NCBI GenBank assembly: GCA_003228175.2
Contig: QGNQ01000006.1
Span: forward strand, 2,512-66,511
DNA length: 64,000 nucleotides
From: Chloroflexota bacterium
GTDB lineage: Bacteria > Chloroflexota > Dehalococcoidia > Bin125
Direction: 5' to 3'
The translations under genes and the position numbers were made by a program. The notes under the pieces are model-generated. The model was not told the origin of the DNA and ran no database searches. It worked only from the letters and a program-made list of their open reading frames with translations. Shown in pieces: positions 26,968 through 36,307 of the stretch (position 1 is the first letter of the stretch; every line of letters starts with the position of its first letter).

Positions 26968-28140
26968 ATGCCCAAGCAGCGCGACGCCGCACCAGAGAAG
27001 CCATCCACGGCTGCCCAGTCGACGCCCCAAGACCGCCCCCGACCGCCGATGGATCTGGCCTGGATGCAGTCCGGGACAGAGTGGGGGATCCGGGCGCAGC
27101 CCGGCCCCGCCGGTCTTGGCATCGACCAATTGAACATCGGTTCATACGGCGAGATCCCCGACATCTACCCCGACAACACCATGCGGCCGCGCGGGGCGAA
27201 ATCCTATCCGGGCGCGCCACGCATGGGCTACACCGTGCTGGAGAAGCACGAGGTCTGGACGGACAACGCGGCCGCCCTCTACGAGGAGGCGATCCAGCGA
27301 CGCTGGAAGCCCGCCACCGACATCGACTGGGCCGCAATCCCCGCCGGCCCAAGCGAGCTGGAGCGCGCCAAGGCGCAGCTGCTGACGATCGTGTCTGAGC
27401 AATCGTGGGTACAGTCCGTGACTTACGGCCACTGGCTCAAGGAACTCTCCTACGGCTACTACGAGGTGAAAGTCTTCCTCGCGACCGTCATTTTCGCCCT
27501 GGCGCGCCACACGGAGGCCTTCCGCAAACGCGCGATGCTGGCGGGCGGGGGGGTGGGCATGCAGGGCCCGGCCGGCCTCAACCGCCAGATCATCGACGCG
27601 CGCAACTTCACCGAGATGATCCTGATCAATCAGCTGGTCACCGACTCGTTCATGGAGGTCCTGCTGGGCCGGCTCGCCGCCGGCGCTGCCCATCCGGCCG
27701 AAGCCCGCCTCTACACCCTCGCGCGGCAGGACCGCGTGCGGGCGCTGGCCTTCGGGCAGGAACGCGTGCGCGACGCCCTGGACGCCCAACCGCAGCGCTT
27801 GGCGGAGTTTCACGGGTATCTCCAACGGGCGGAGATCGCGATGGTCGGCGACCTGCGCGACACCGTCACGAATGAAGCACTGGCCATTGTGCTGGGCGGC
27901 GACGTGGAGGCGATGCCCGCCGGCGCCGAGCAGCTCGCCCAAATGCGCAGCGCCCAGGCGCGCGCCTACCTCCAGCGACTGGCCGCGGCGGGGATCGATC
28001 GCGAGCGCCGCCAGGCTCCCCACTTCGCGCTCGCCACCGGACAGATCACCCGCGAGGAGCTCACCGCGATGCGCGAGCAAGCCCAGCAGCAGGCCGCCAA
28101 GAAAGCGACGGCGCTCGCCCCGGAGCGCAGTCATGCCTGA
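26968..28140 (+). CDS. ferritin-like / ribonucleotide-reductase-R2-like fold protein, function unknown
   Basis: Track ORF 26944..28140. ATG 26968 is preceded by CAGGAGAG. Helical protein. RRWKPATDIDW, ALARHTEAF and LARQDRVRALAF resemble R2-type motifs but with several metal ligands substituted (assessed from memory). Confidence 0.45.
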   Translation: MPKQRDAAPEKPSTAAQSTPQDRPRPPMDLAWMQSGTEWGIRAQPGPAGLGIDQLNIGSYGEIPDIYPDNTMRPRGAKSYPGAPRMGYTVLEKHEVWTDNAAALYEEAIQRRWKPATDIDWAAIPAGPSELERAKAQLLTIVSEQSWVQSVTYGHWLKELSYGYYEVKVFLATVIFALARHTEAFRKRAMLAGGGVGMQGPAGLNRQIIDARNFTEMILINQLVTDSFMEVLLGRLAAGAAHPAEARLYTLARQDRVRALAFGQERVRDALDAQPQRLAEFHGYLQRAEIAMVGDLRDTVTNEALAIVLGGDVEAMPAGAEQLAQMRSAQARAYLQRLAAAGIDRERRQAPHFALATGQITREELTAMREQAQQQAAKKATALAPERSHA

Positions 28141-29455
28141 CGCGTCGCAGCAGGCTGCCAACGCCATCGATTGGGACGATGTCCTGGCGGAGGTCGTCTC
28201 CACGTTGCGCGAGTATCTGCGCATCGACACCAGCAATCCGCCCGGCGGCGAGGAAACGGCCGCCCGCTTCCTGGGCGAGATCCTCGAGCGCGAGGGCTTC
28301 GTCACGGAGTACGTCGAGGCGGCGCCGGGGCGCGTCTCGCTGCGCGCGGTGCTGCCCGGTAGCGGCGACGCCGCCCCCTTAATGCTGCTCAACCACACCG
28401 ACGTCGTGCCGGCCCAGCGCGAGTTCTGGGACGTGGACCCCTTCGCCGGTCTGGAACAGGACGGCTGCATCTGGGGCCGCGGCGCGCTGGACATGAAGGG
28501 CATGGGCATCCTAGAGCTGGCCGTCATGCTGCTTTTCAAGCGGCTCGGCATCGTGCCCAAGCGCGACCTGATCTTCTTGGCGGTGGCGGACGAAGAGACC
28601 GGCAGCTCGCAGGGCATCGAGTGGTTGGACACGCATCGGCCGGCCTGGCTGCGCGAGCCCGAATACGCGATCAACGAGGGCGGCATGGCCGGTCTCAACT
28701 TCCTCGGCGCGCAACGCCCGGTCTTCGCCTGCGCCCCGTCCGAGAAGGGCCCCCTCTGGGTCACCCTGCACGCCAGCGGCACGCCCGGGCACGGCTCCGT
28801 CCCGCACGACAACAACGCCGTCGACCGCTTGGTGCGCGCGCTGGGCGCGATTCGCAGCTGGGATCGCGCCAGCACGATCGACCCCATGGTCCAGCGCTCC
28901 ATCGACACCCTGCGGGACGCCCATGCCTGGGGCGATCGGCAGCCCAGCCTGGACGAGTTGCGCACCCGCTACCCAGCCTTCGACGCGATGACGAACGACA
29001 CAATCTCCTCGACCGGCTTGGGCGGCGGCTTCAAGCACAACGTGATCCCCGCCGACGCCACCGCTACGCTCGACTGCCGCCTGCTGCCCGGCCAGTCGCA
29101 CGATGCGTTCCTGCGAAACCTCCGCGAGGTCATCGACGACGACCAGATCACGTTCAGCACCCAGCTGCGCTCCGAGTCCGGCACGAGCGACTTCGACACG
29201 GAATTGATCGATGTGATCCGTGAAGTCGTGGGCGAACAGGTCGAGGGGGCAATCGTGACCCCCCTGCCCACGCTGGGCTTCACGGACTCGCGGGTCCTGC
29301 GGCGGCGAGGCGTGAAGGCGTACGGCTTCGTGCCAACGTTGATGGACGCCTCGCTGGCGGCCGGCATCCACGGCCACAACGAGCGCGTGCCCATCGAGGG
29401 GCTGCGCACCGGCGTACAGATCCTGTTTGAGGTCGTGCGCCGGTTCGTCAACTAG
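28133..29455 (+). CDS. M20 family metallopeptidase (ArgE/DapE/ACY1/CPG2-like)
   Basis: Track ORF 27872..29455. ATG 28133 overlaps the preceding stop by 8 nt (ATGCCTGA). LLNHTDVVPA, GRGALDMKG, ADEETGS and HGHNERV are M20 hallmarks. Confidence 0.85.
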   Translation: MPDASQQAANAIDWDDVLAEVVSTLREYLRIDTSNPPGGEETAARFLGEILEREGFVTEYVEAAPGRVSLRAVLPGSGDAAPLMLLNHTDVVPAQREFWDVDPFAGLEQDGCIWGRGALDMKGMGILELAVMLLFKRLGIVPKRDLIFLAVADEETGSSQGIEWLDTHRPAWLREPEYAINEGGMAGLNFLGAQRPVFACAPSEKGPLWVTLHASGTPGHGSVPHDNNAVDRLVRALGAIRSWDRASTIDPMVQRSIDTLRDAHAWGDRQPSLDELRTRYPAFDAMTNDTISSTGLGGGFKHNVIPADATATLDCRLLPGQSHDAFLRNLREVIDDDQITFSTQLRSESGTSDFDTELIDVIREVVGEQVEGAIVTPLPTLGFTDSRVLRRRGVKAYGFVPTLMDASLAAGIHGHNERVPIEGLRTGVQILFEVVRRFVN

Positions 29456-29525
29456 CGGTCGTTGCCGGAGATCGCGTCCAGTGCGCTCGCGAAGCTGCGA
29501 TAGACTCTCGCGACTGCCCGTACGC

Positions 29526-29569
29526 GCCCGAAGCGGCAGCAAAGAGAGCCCGAAGCGGCAAAGAAAGGA
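29526..29569. repeat. 22-nt tandem duplication x2 in the 5' leader of the reductase gene
   Basis: gcccgaagcggcagcaaagaga (29526-29547) / gcccgaagcggcaaagaaagga (29548-29569). The second copy supplies the purine-rich RBS for ATG 29571. Confidence 0.8.
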
Positions 29570-29570
29570 C

Positions 29571-30380
29571 ATGCCCGTGGTGGAGCCTGCACTGGAGGGT
29601 CGCTGGGCCCTGATCCTGGGCGCGTCGAGTGGATTCGGCGCAGCCGCGTCGCGACGCTTGGCCGCCGCCGGGATGAACATCGCCGGGGTGCACCTGGACC
29701 GCCGCTCGGCGCAGGGCGCAATCGACGCGATCACCGCCGAGATCGAGGGGCACGGTCGTGAAGCGGCCTTCTTCAACCTCAACGCCGCCGACGAGACGAA
29801 GCGCCGCGAAACCCTGGACAACCTACAAGCCCGGGTCGGCGAGGGCGGCGTCCGCATCCTCATGCACTCGCTCGCCTTCGGCACCTTGGGGCACTTGATC
29901 GACCGGGACGACCCGAAGAAGGCGATCAGCCAGCGACAAATGGAAATGACGCTCGATGTGATGGCGAATTCACTCGTCTACTGGGTGCAGGACCTCGTCG
30001 TGCGAGAGATGCTGCCGCGCGGCGCCAAGATCTACGGCATGACCTCCGCCGGCGACGCGCGCGTGATCCCCTTCTACGGGGCCGTCAGCGGGGCCAAAGC
30101 CGTGCTGGGCTCACACATTCGCCAGCTGGCCGCAGAACTCGCCCCCCACGGCATCGCCGCCAACGCAATCAAGGCCGGCGTCACGCCAACGCCGGCGCTG
30201 GACAAGATCCCCTCGGCCGCGGCACTGCTGGACTTCGCCGAGCAACACAACCCCAGCGGTCGCGTGACGACACCGGAGGACGTGGCGGACGCGCTGGTCC
30301 GCCTCAGCATCGACGAATCACACTGGCTGACCGGCAACACGATCAACGTGGACGGCGCCGAGGACATCGTCGTCGTCTAG
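29571..30380 (+). CDS. SDR-superfamily oxidoreductase, enoyl-ACP-reductase (FabI/FabL)-like
   Basis: Track ORF 29427..30380, with an in-frame ATG at 29571. ILGASSGFGAA nucleotide-binding loop, Y-x6-K (YGAVSGAK) as in the FabI family, C-terminal TGNTINVDGA. Confidence 0.7.
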   Translation: MPVVEPALEGRWALILGASSGFGAAASRRLAAAGMNIAGVHLDRRSAQGAIDAITAEIEGHGREAAFFNLNAADETKRRETLDNLQARVGEGGVRILMHSLAFGTLGHLIDRDDPKKAISQRQMEMTLDVMANSLVYWVQDLVVREMLPRGAKIYGMTSAGDARVIPFYGAVSGAKAVLGSHIRQLAAELAPHGIAANAIKAGVTPTPALDKIPSAAALLDFAEQHNPSGRVTTPEDVADALVRLSIDESHWLTGNTINVDGAEDIVVV

Positions 30381-30471
30381 GACGCGCAGCGCGTCCGTGT
30401 GCCGTTCTTCGAGCCGGTGCAGCGCCTCCTGCGTAGTCGTCCGCAAGCGGGCGAGCCCGTAGCATCGCAGC

Positions 30472-31335
30472 ATGAGTGAGCGACGATCGACCTCCCGTAG
30501 CCGCCGACGCCGGCGCAACCGCACAGCCGTCATCGAAGAGGGTGGCCAGACGACCGAAAGCGATGTGCTGTCGCCGGACTCGGACGAGGCGGAGCCGGAG
30601 GCCGAGTCCGGCGGAGCTTCCGGAGGCGGCAAGGGCGGCCGCACGGAGCGCCGTCGCGGCGAGAAGGTGCAGCAGGGGGAGAAGCCCAAGCCCAACACGA
30701 TCCTGGGCATGCCGCGCTTCATCTTCTTCATCATGGCGGCACTGCTGGTCGTAATCATTTCGGTCCAGATCTTGGGCCAAGTCGTCAGCCCCAGCGACCA
30801 AATCGATGGGGTGGTTGAGTTCCCCGACCAAGGCCGCCGCCACCTGACCGACGGCGAGTCCTTTGACATCGACAGCTACAACAGCTTCCCGCCAACGTCC
30901 GGCCCGCAGGCGGCGGTGGGCGCGACGCCGGGTGTCTACAGCGCGGACGCGGAGGACGCGGCGTTCCGCGACACGCCCGCCTTCGCCTCGCTGCTGCCGA
31001 TCCTGGAGCAGGGCGGCGTGATCATCTACTACGACCCAGCCAGACTCGGAGCTGACGAACTGGCCGTGCTCAAAGCCTTTGTTGGCGTCCTGCGCGGCGA
31101 CATCAGCGACAACCAGGATGAGAACGTGCGCGACCTACAGCTGGTCACGCTCGTCGAGTTCAACGACGCGCTGCCCGCCGCGATCGTCGCCACCGCCTGG
31201 CGGCACGCGCTGGAGATCGATCTCCTGGACGACGCGGCGCAGAATCTCATCGGTGAGTTCGTTTCACCAGACCCCATCGGGCTCTATGAGCGCTTCGTGC
31301 TGGAGACCGCCCCCCCGGCCGGCGAGGGGTCGTGA
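30472..31335 (+). CDS. DUF3105-domain membrane-anchored protein
   Basis: Basic disordered N-terminus (RSRRRRRNR), one TM helix (FIFFIMAALLVVIISVQIL), then a DUF3105-like ectodomain (HL..GE...YNSFPPTSGP, GGVIIYYDP). Confidence 0.65.
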   Translation: MSERRSTSRSRRRRRNRTAVIEEGGQTTESDVLSPDSDEAEPEAESGGASGGGKGGRTERRRGEKVQQGEKPKPNTILGMPRFIFFIMAALLVVIISVQILGQVVSPSDQIDGVVEFPDQGRRHLTDGESFDIDSYNSFPPTSGPQAAVGATPGVYSADAEDAAFRDTPAFASLLPILEQGGVIIYYDPARLGADELAVLKAFVGVLRGDISDNQDENVRDLQLVTLVEFNDALPAAIVATAWRHALEIDLLDDAAQNLIGEFVSPDPIGLYERFVLETAPPAGEGS

Positions 31336-31354
31336 GCGGGCCCAAGACCCACGA

Positions 31355-31399
31355 CCCAGGGTCGATACGCCCAGGGTCGATACGCCCAGCATCGATACG
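31355..31399. repeat. 15-nt tandem repeat x3
   Basis: cccagggtcgatacg (31355-31369), cccagggtcgatacg (31370-31384), cccagcatcgatacg (31385-31399), starting 20 nt after the DUF3105 stop. Confidence 0.9.
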
Positions 31400-31434
31400 C
31401 AAGCTCCGCCAAGGGGACATGGAGCCAAAGGGAC

Positions 31435-32034
31435 ATGGATGAGGTGGCCGGGATGCGCGCTGGTGACATGGGCCCTGCTGACATGGGCTCTGGTGACGTA
31501 GTGAGCTGGGGATGGCTTCGGCATCCCGCGACGCTGGCGCTGGGGCTTGTCGCGCTCGCGCTCTTGGCCGCCGCCTGTGGTGGCGGGTCCAGCTTCGACG
31601 ACCCACGCCTGCAGGAATTCAATGACGAGTTCACCACCGCCGGCCAGGCGCACCTGCCGCCCGGCCAGGCCGCCTCCTACCCGTCCACACCGCCCTACGG
31701 CGGGCCGCACTGGTCACAGCCACTGCGCTGCGGCATCTATGAGGCCGAACAACGGTTCGAGCCAATGGTGCACACCATGGAGCACGGCGCCGTGGTGCTC
31801 TACTACCAACCGCTCAACGTGCAGGACGACACGGTGGCCGAAATGCGCGTGCTCGCGTCCGCGTTACTGAGTGACGGCGCCCGCGTGATCATGACCCCCT
31901 CCACCCGGCTCGGGGTCTCCATCGCGGTGACCTCCTGGGGCCGCCTCCTCACCATGGACCAGTTCGAAGAGGACGCCATTCGCGGCTTTGTGGACGCCTT
32001 CGAAGGCGACGGCCCCGAGGACGTGGGCTGCTAG
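31435..32034 (+). CDS. DUF3105-domain lipoprotein (paralogue)
   Basis: Lipobox LALLAAAC, DUF3105-like HLPPGQAASYPSTPPYGGPH, MEHGAVVLYYQP, AVTSWGRLL. The real start may be the in-frame GTG 31501, just after the repeats. Confidence 0.65.
   Translation: MDEVAGMRAGDMGPADMGSGDVVSWGWLRHPATLALGLVALALLAAACGGGSSFDDPRLQEFNDEFTTAGQAHLPPGQAASYPSTPPYGGPHWSQPLRCGIYEAEQRFEPMVHTMEHGAVVLYYQPLNVQDDTVAEMRVLASALLSDGARVIMTPSTRLGVSIAVTSWGRLLTMDQFEEDAIRGFVDAFEGDGPEDVGC
31460..31504. repeat. 15-nt tandem repeat x3 at the 5' end of the second DUF3105 ORF
   Basis: ctggtgacatgggcc / ctgctgacatgggct / ctggtgacgtagtga. In frame with track ORF 31435.. (encodes AGDMGP-ADMGS-GDVVS). Confidence 0.85.
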
Positions 32035-32142
32035 CGACCTCCGAGCAACCAAGCACGGTGCCAAGCGGGCGATTGTCGAATCGCAATCGAGCAGGGACAA
32101 TCCCCCGCGGCAGCGGTGCGTGACACGCGTCTCGGAGCGACC

Positions 32143-32889
32143 ATGACGACCCTCACCACCATCCCGGTCGGCGCACCGATCATCGAAGCAGAGAACGTCC
32201 ACAAGACCTACAGCAGCGACGGCAACGTGGTGCATGCCCTGCGCGGCGTCACGTTGCAGGTGCGCAAGGGCGAGATGGTCGCCGTCATGGGCCCGTCGGG
32301 CTGCGGCAAAACGACGCTGCTCAACACCCTCTCCGGCCTCGACTCGATCGATGAGGGCGTGATCCGCATCGAGGGGCAAGAGATCGCGGGCATGCCCGAT
32401 AACGCCAAGACCGATTACCGCGCCCGCCGCATGGGCTTCGTCTTTCAGTTCTACAACCTGTTGCCGGTGCTTTCAGCGATCGAGAACGTGGAGCTGCCGC
32501 TGCTGGTCAGTGGCGTTCGCCCTGCTCTGGCACGCCAGCAGGCGACCGCCGCGCTGGACCGCGTCGGGTTGGCGGACTGGGCCAGGCATCGCCCCGCGCA
32601 ACTCTCTGGCGGCCAGCGACAGCGCGTCACGATCGCGCGGGCCTTGGTCAACGACCCCGCCATCGTCTGGGGCGACGAGCCCACCGGCGACCTCGACAGC
32701 GTCAACGCGGGCGAAATCATGGACCTCATCCACGATCTCAATGAGACCAAAGCCCAGACCTTCGTGATCGTCACGCACGACCAGGGCGTTGGCGAACGCT
32801 GCCATCGCGTCATCCGCATGGTCGACGGACAAATCGTCGGTGAGGACCAGAACCGGGAGTTCCAGCCTCAGGCCATCGCCAGCGCCTAG
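32143..32889 (+). CDS. ABC transporter ATP-binding protein (MacB/LolD-type)
   Basis: Track ORF 32116..32889. ATG 32143 follows GGAG. Walker [10 protein letters not shown], signature LSGGQRQRV, Walker [13 protein letters not shown]. Confidence 0.9.
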   Translation: MTTLTTIPVGAPIIEAENVHKTYSSDGNVVHALRGVTLQVRKGEMVAVMGPSGCGKTTLLNTLSGLDSIDEGVIRIEGQEIAGMPDNAKTDYRARRMGFVFQFYNLLPVLSAIENVELPLLVSGVRPALARQQATAALDRVGLADWARHRPAQLSGGQRQRVTIARALVNDPAIVWGDEPTGDLDSVNAGEIMDLIHDLNETKAQTFVIVTHDQGVGERCHRVIRMVDGQIVGEDQNREFQPQAIASA

Positions 32890-32930
32890 GCCCGGCATTC
32901 GATCGGGCGCCGCGACCCGGAGGACGACCA

Positions 32931-35900
32931 ATGGACGAGATCTTCGGCCTCAGCATGAGCTCCCTGATGGTGGCCGTCCTCGTCATGCTGGGCCTGATCG
33001 CCACAGTCATCGGCTATCTCGCGCTGCGACATCCCCTGTTCTTCCGGCTCGGCCTGCGCAACATTCCCCGCCGCCGCGCGCAAACGCTGCTCATCGTCTT
33101 CGGCCTGATGCTGAGCACCCTGATCATCTCCTCCGCCTTCACGACCGGCGACACGCTGAGCAACAGCCTGCGTTCCGAAGCCATCGATATCTCCGGCGCC
33201 GTCGACCACCTGGTGCAGTACGAAACGACACCCGGGCGCAACGTCTCCGAGGCCGACGCGGTCGTGCCCCAGCGCGTCGCTCAAGACTTGCAGGCCGCCT
33301 TCGCAGACGACGACCGCATCGTGGGCTTTATCCGCGCCCTGTTCGACACCGTCTCGATCTCCAACGTCGACACGGGGCAACGGCTGGCGCTGTCGTTCCT
33401 GCTGGGTCTGGACCCGGCAGAGGTCGAGGCCATCGGCGGCATTCCCGCCCCCGATGGGTCGCGCATCAGCCTGGATGACTTCGCCGAAGGCTCGATCATC
33501 CTCAACACCTCGGCGGCGACGCAACTGGCCGCCCAGCCCGGCCATCAGATTCTCGTCCGCGCGCGCGGCGTCGAGCATGCTTTCACGGTGGTGGCGCTGG
33601 CCCAGGACACGCTCGTTAGCGGCCAAGTCAATCCCATCGATCCGCAGGGCGGCGTGATCCGGCTGGAGGCCGCGCAGGCGATCTTCAATCAGCCGGATGT
33701 GATGGACGGGGTCGGCGTGACCGTGACCGGCGGCGTCACGGGCGCCCTGGCGCTGTCCGACGAGATCGACACGGCGCTGAATCAATTCCTCGTCGCGCAG
33801 GCAGCGGCCGAGGTCGCCAACAACGTCCCGCCGTCCGCGCGCGTCTACGCCGACGCGCTGGGCCGTCCGATCTTCGAGTCGGCGCCGTTCAAGCAGGAGA
33901 ACGTCGACAACGCGGAACTCTTCGGCTCCATCTTCACGTCCCTGTTCCTGCTCATGGGTCTCTTCTCGATTGCGGCCGGCATCCTCCTCATCTTCCTCAT
34001 CTTCGTCCTGCTGGCCGAGGAGCGAAAGCCGGAGATGGGCATCGCGCGGGCGATCGGAATGCGCCGCAGCCATCTCGTCCAGACCTACTTGGCGGAGGGC
34101 ATGGCCTACAACGTGGGCTCTGCCGTCGTCGGCACCGCGCTGGGGATCATCGTCGCGTTCCTCATGGTGATCGTGCTCAACGCCGCCTTTGACGACTCGC
34201 TCGGGTTCACTTTCACGCGTCACGTGGAGCCACGCAGCGTCGTCGTCTCCGCCGGGATGGGGATCATCCTGACCTTCGTCACCGTGGCAGTCTCCGCGTC
34301 CCGGGTCAGCGTGCTGAACATCGTCGCGGCGATTCGCGACATCCCGGAGGGTGCACTCCGGGAACGGCGGCCCTTCTCCTTCCTGGGGCTGCTCACAACC
34401 CCCATCGGCCTCGCGCTGCTCTGGCTGACCATCGTCACGCTACCCATTGGGCTGCTGCTCAGACTGGCCGTCCCTTCCCGCACCCGGGAGCGCCTGGGCG
34501 CATGGCTCTACATCCCCTTCTGGCAACTCATGCGCTGGCGCGCCGAGTGGTGGGCGACCCTTACCGTTCTCGGGCTGTTCCTGGCGTTTTCCGGCGGCGG
34601 CAGCGGCTCCGGCTTCATCTACCTGACCGGGCTCACGCTCTTGCCGATGGGCCTGCTGCTCACCGCCCGACGCTTCGGCGGTACGCGCGGTCTACCCACC
34701 ACTGGCCGTTTCGCCCACACCATCGCCAGCGCCGCGGTGCTCTTCTTCTGGCTGGCCGGGGCATGGTTCCACGCCGATGTGCTCGGCGCGGATGTGGAGG
34801 GCGGCCCGGAGCTGTTCTTCCTCTCCGGCGCGGCCATGGTCACGGCCGGGGTGATCATCGTGATCGTCAACTTGGGTGTCTTTGTCTCCGTCCTGCGCCT
34901 TGTGGGGTTGGTCTTCGGACGGCTCCGACCCGTCGTGCAAACGGCCGTCGCCTACCCAGGCACGGCGCCGTTCCGCACCGGCATGACCATCGCGATGATC
35001 GCGATCATCATGTTCGCGCTCGTCACCTTCACCACAATTAACTCGAACTTCGCTCGCCTCTTCACCAGCGACACGGCAGCCGGCGGCTACCAAATCCAGG
35101 CCGACGCGGACCGCGACTCCGCCATCGACGATCTGCCCGCCGCGCTCAACAACGCCGGCGCCGGCAATCTCGCCGACGGACTGCAGGGCATCAGCCGGCT
35201 CTTGGTCGGCAGCACCAACGGCACCGACATCGTCAATCTGGAAGCGCAGGCCTTCGACGGCTTCCGCGAGACGTTGATCCTGGCGGACGACGGCCAGCCA
35301 ATCATCGAGCCGGCCCAGGACACCGAGTTCCGGCAGCTCTTCGTCGCCGGCGCCGACGACGCCTTCCTGGACGAGAACGGCGTCGTGCTGCAAGCTCGCG
35401 CGTTCGGCTTCGCGACAGACGCGGCGGTCTGGCAGGCCTTGCGTGACCCTGCCCCGGATGGGCGACGCTACGCCGTGATCACGGCCAACGCGGTCGAGGG
35501 ATCTGGCGGCTTCGCGCCGATCGAGGACGAGGATTTCAAGCTGCCCGATTCGATCGATGAGGACACGCAGCGCATCCCGCAGATCACGGTGCAGCTGAGC
35601 AACTCGGACCGCGACGCCAAGGCGGAGGTGATCATCATTGGCGTGATCGACCAGGTCGTGGGCATCGCCGCCGCTGCGCCGGGCGACCTGCGACCCACCC
35701 TGATCACAAACGTCGATGTGGTGGCGGCGCTGTACGAGAGTCCGGACCTCGTGCGCCATCTCGCGCGCGCCACGCCCGGCTTCGACGCGCTGGAGACGGC
35801 GCAGGCGATCGAGGCGGCGTTGCAACTGGAGACCGTCTCCATCATCGACGAGCTCAAGGATCAGCAGGACACGTTCAACGCAATTATTGGCCTCTTCCAG

Positions 35901-36284
35901 GGCTTCACGGCGATGGGCCTGGTCGCGGGGCTGGCCGCGTTGGGCGTGCTGGCGGTGCGCGCCGTCGTGGAGCGTCGGCAGCAGATTGGCGTGCTACGCG
36001 CGATCGGCTTCCGGGCCAGCTGGGTGCGGCTGGGCCTGATGCTGGAGATGGGCTTCATCTCCGGCGTCGGCCTGCTCCTGGGCGGCGGCCTGGCCCTGGT
36101 CCTCTCCTGGCGCCTCTTCGACGAAGGGGCGTTTGGCAGTACGTCCGGCGCCGGCTTCTACGTCCCGATCGGGCGGATCGCCCTGTTCTTCGGCATCGCC
36201 ATCGTGGCGACGGTCATCCTCACCTATCTGCCCGCCCGGCAAGCCTCAACCAAGACGGTCGCGGAGTCTCTGCGCTACGAGTAG
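32931..36284 (+). CDS. ABC transporter permease with two FtsX/MacB-type domains (1117 aa)
   Basis: ATG 32931 follows GGAGGA. N-terminal ALRNIPRRRAQTLLIVFGLMLST, two 4-TM FtsX-like modules separated by large extracytoplasmic regions, and C-terminal ...LTYLPARQASTKTVAESLRYE. Confidence 0.85.
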   Translation: MDEIFGLSMSSLMVAVLVMLGLIATVIGYLALRHPLFFRLGLRNIPRRRAQTLLIVFGLMLSTLIISSAFTTGDTLSNSLRSEAIDISGAVDHLVQYETTPGRNVSEADAVVPQRVAQDLQAAFADDDRIVGFIRALFDTVSISNVDTGQRLALSFLLGLDPAEVEAIGGIPAPDGSRISLDDFAEGSIILNTSAATQLAAQPGHQILVRARGVEHAFTVVALAQDTLVSGQVNPIDPQGGVIRLEAAQAIFNQPDVMDGVGVTVTGGVTGALALSDEIDTALNQFLVAQAAAEVANNVPPSARVYADALGRPIFESAPFKQENVDNAELFGSIFTSLFLLMGLFSIAAGILLIFLIFVLLAEERKPEMGIARAIGMRRSHLVQTYLAEGMAYNVGSAVVGTALGIIVAFLMVIVLNAAFDDSLGFTFTRHVEPRSVVVSAGMGIILTFVTVAVSASRVSVLNIVAAIRDIPEGALRERRPFSFLGLLTTPIGLALLWLTIVTLPIGLLLRLAVPSRTRERLGAWLYIPFWQLMRWRAEWWATLTVLGLFLAFSGGGSGSGFIYLTGLTLLPMGLLLTARRFGGTRGLPTTGRFAHTIASAAVLFFWLAGAWFHADVLGADVEGGPELFFLSGAAMVTAGVIIVIVNLGVFVSVLRLVGLVFGRLRPVVQTAVAYPGTAPFRTGMTIAMIAIIMFALVTFTTINSNFARLFTSDTAAGGYQIQADADRDSAIDDLPAALNNAGAGNLADGLQGISRLLVGSTNGTDIVNLEAQAFDGFRETLILADDGQPIIEPAQDTEFRQLFVAGADDAFLDENGVVLQARAFGFATDAAVWQALRDPAPDGRRYAVITANAVEGSGGFAPIEDEDFKLPDSIDEDTQRIPQITVQLSNSDRDAKAEVIIIGVIDQVVGIAAAAPGDLRPTLITNVDVVAALYESPDLVRHLARATPGFDALETAQAIEAALQLETVSIIDELKDQQDTFNAIIGLFQGFTAMGLVAGLAALGVLAVRAVVERRQQIGVLRAIGFRASWVRLGLMLEMGFISGVGLLLGGGLALVLSWRLFDEGAFGSTSGAGFYVPIGRIALFFGIAIVATVILTYLPARQASTKTVAESLRYE

Positions 36285-36307
36285 CGTCGATCCACGAACG
36301 CCCCCGC

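Noticed and set aside
32143-36284. MacB-type ABC pair with a 1117-aa double-FtsX permease as a candidate novel system.
   Set aside because: This ATPase plus large FtsX-type permease architecture is a common, already described family in Gram-positive-like and Chloroflexi genomes. Nothing unusual was seen beyond its size.
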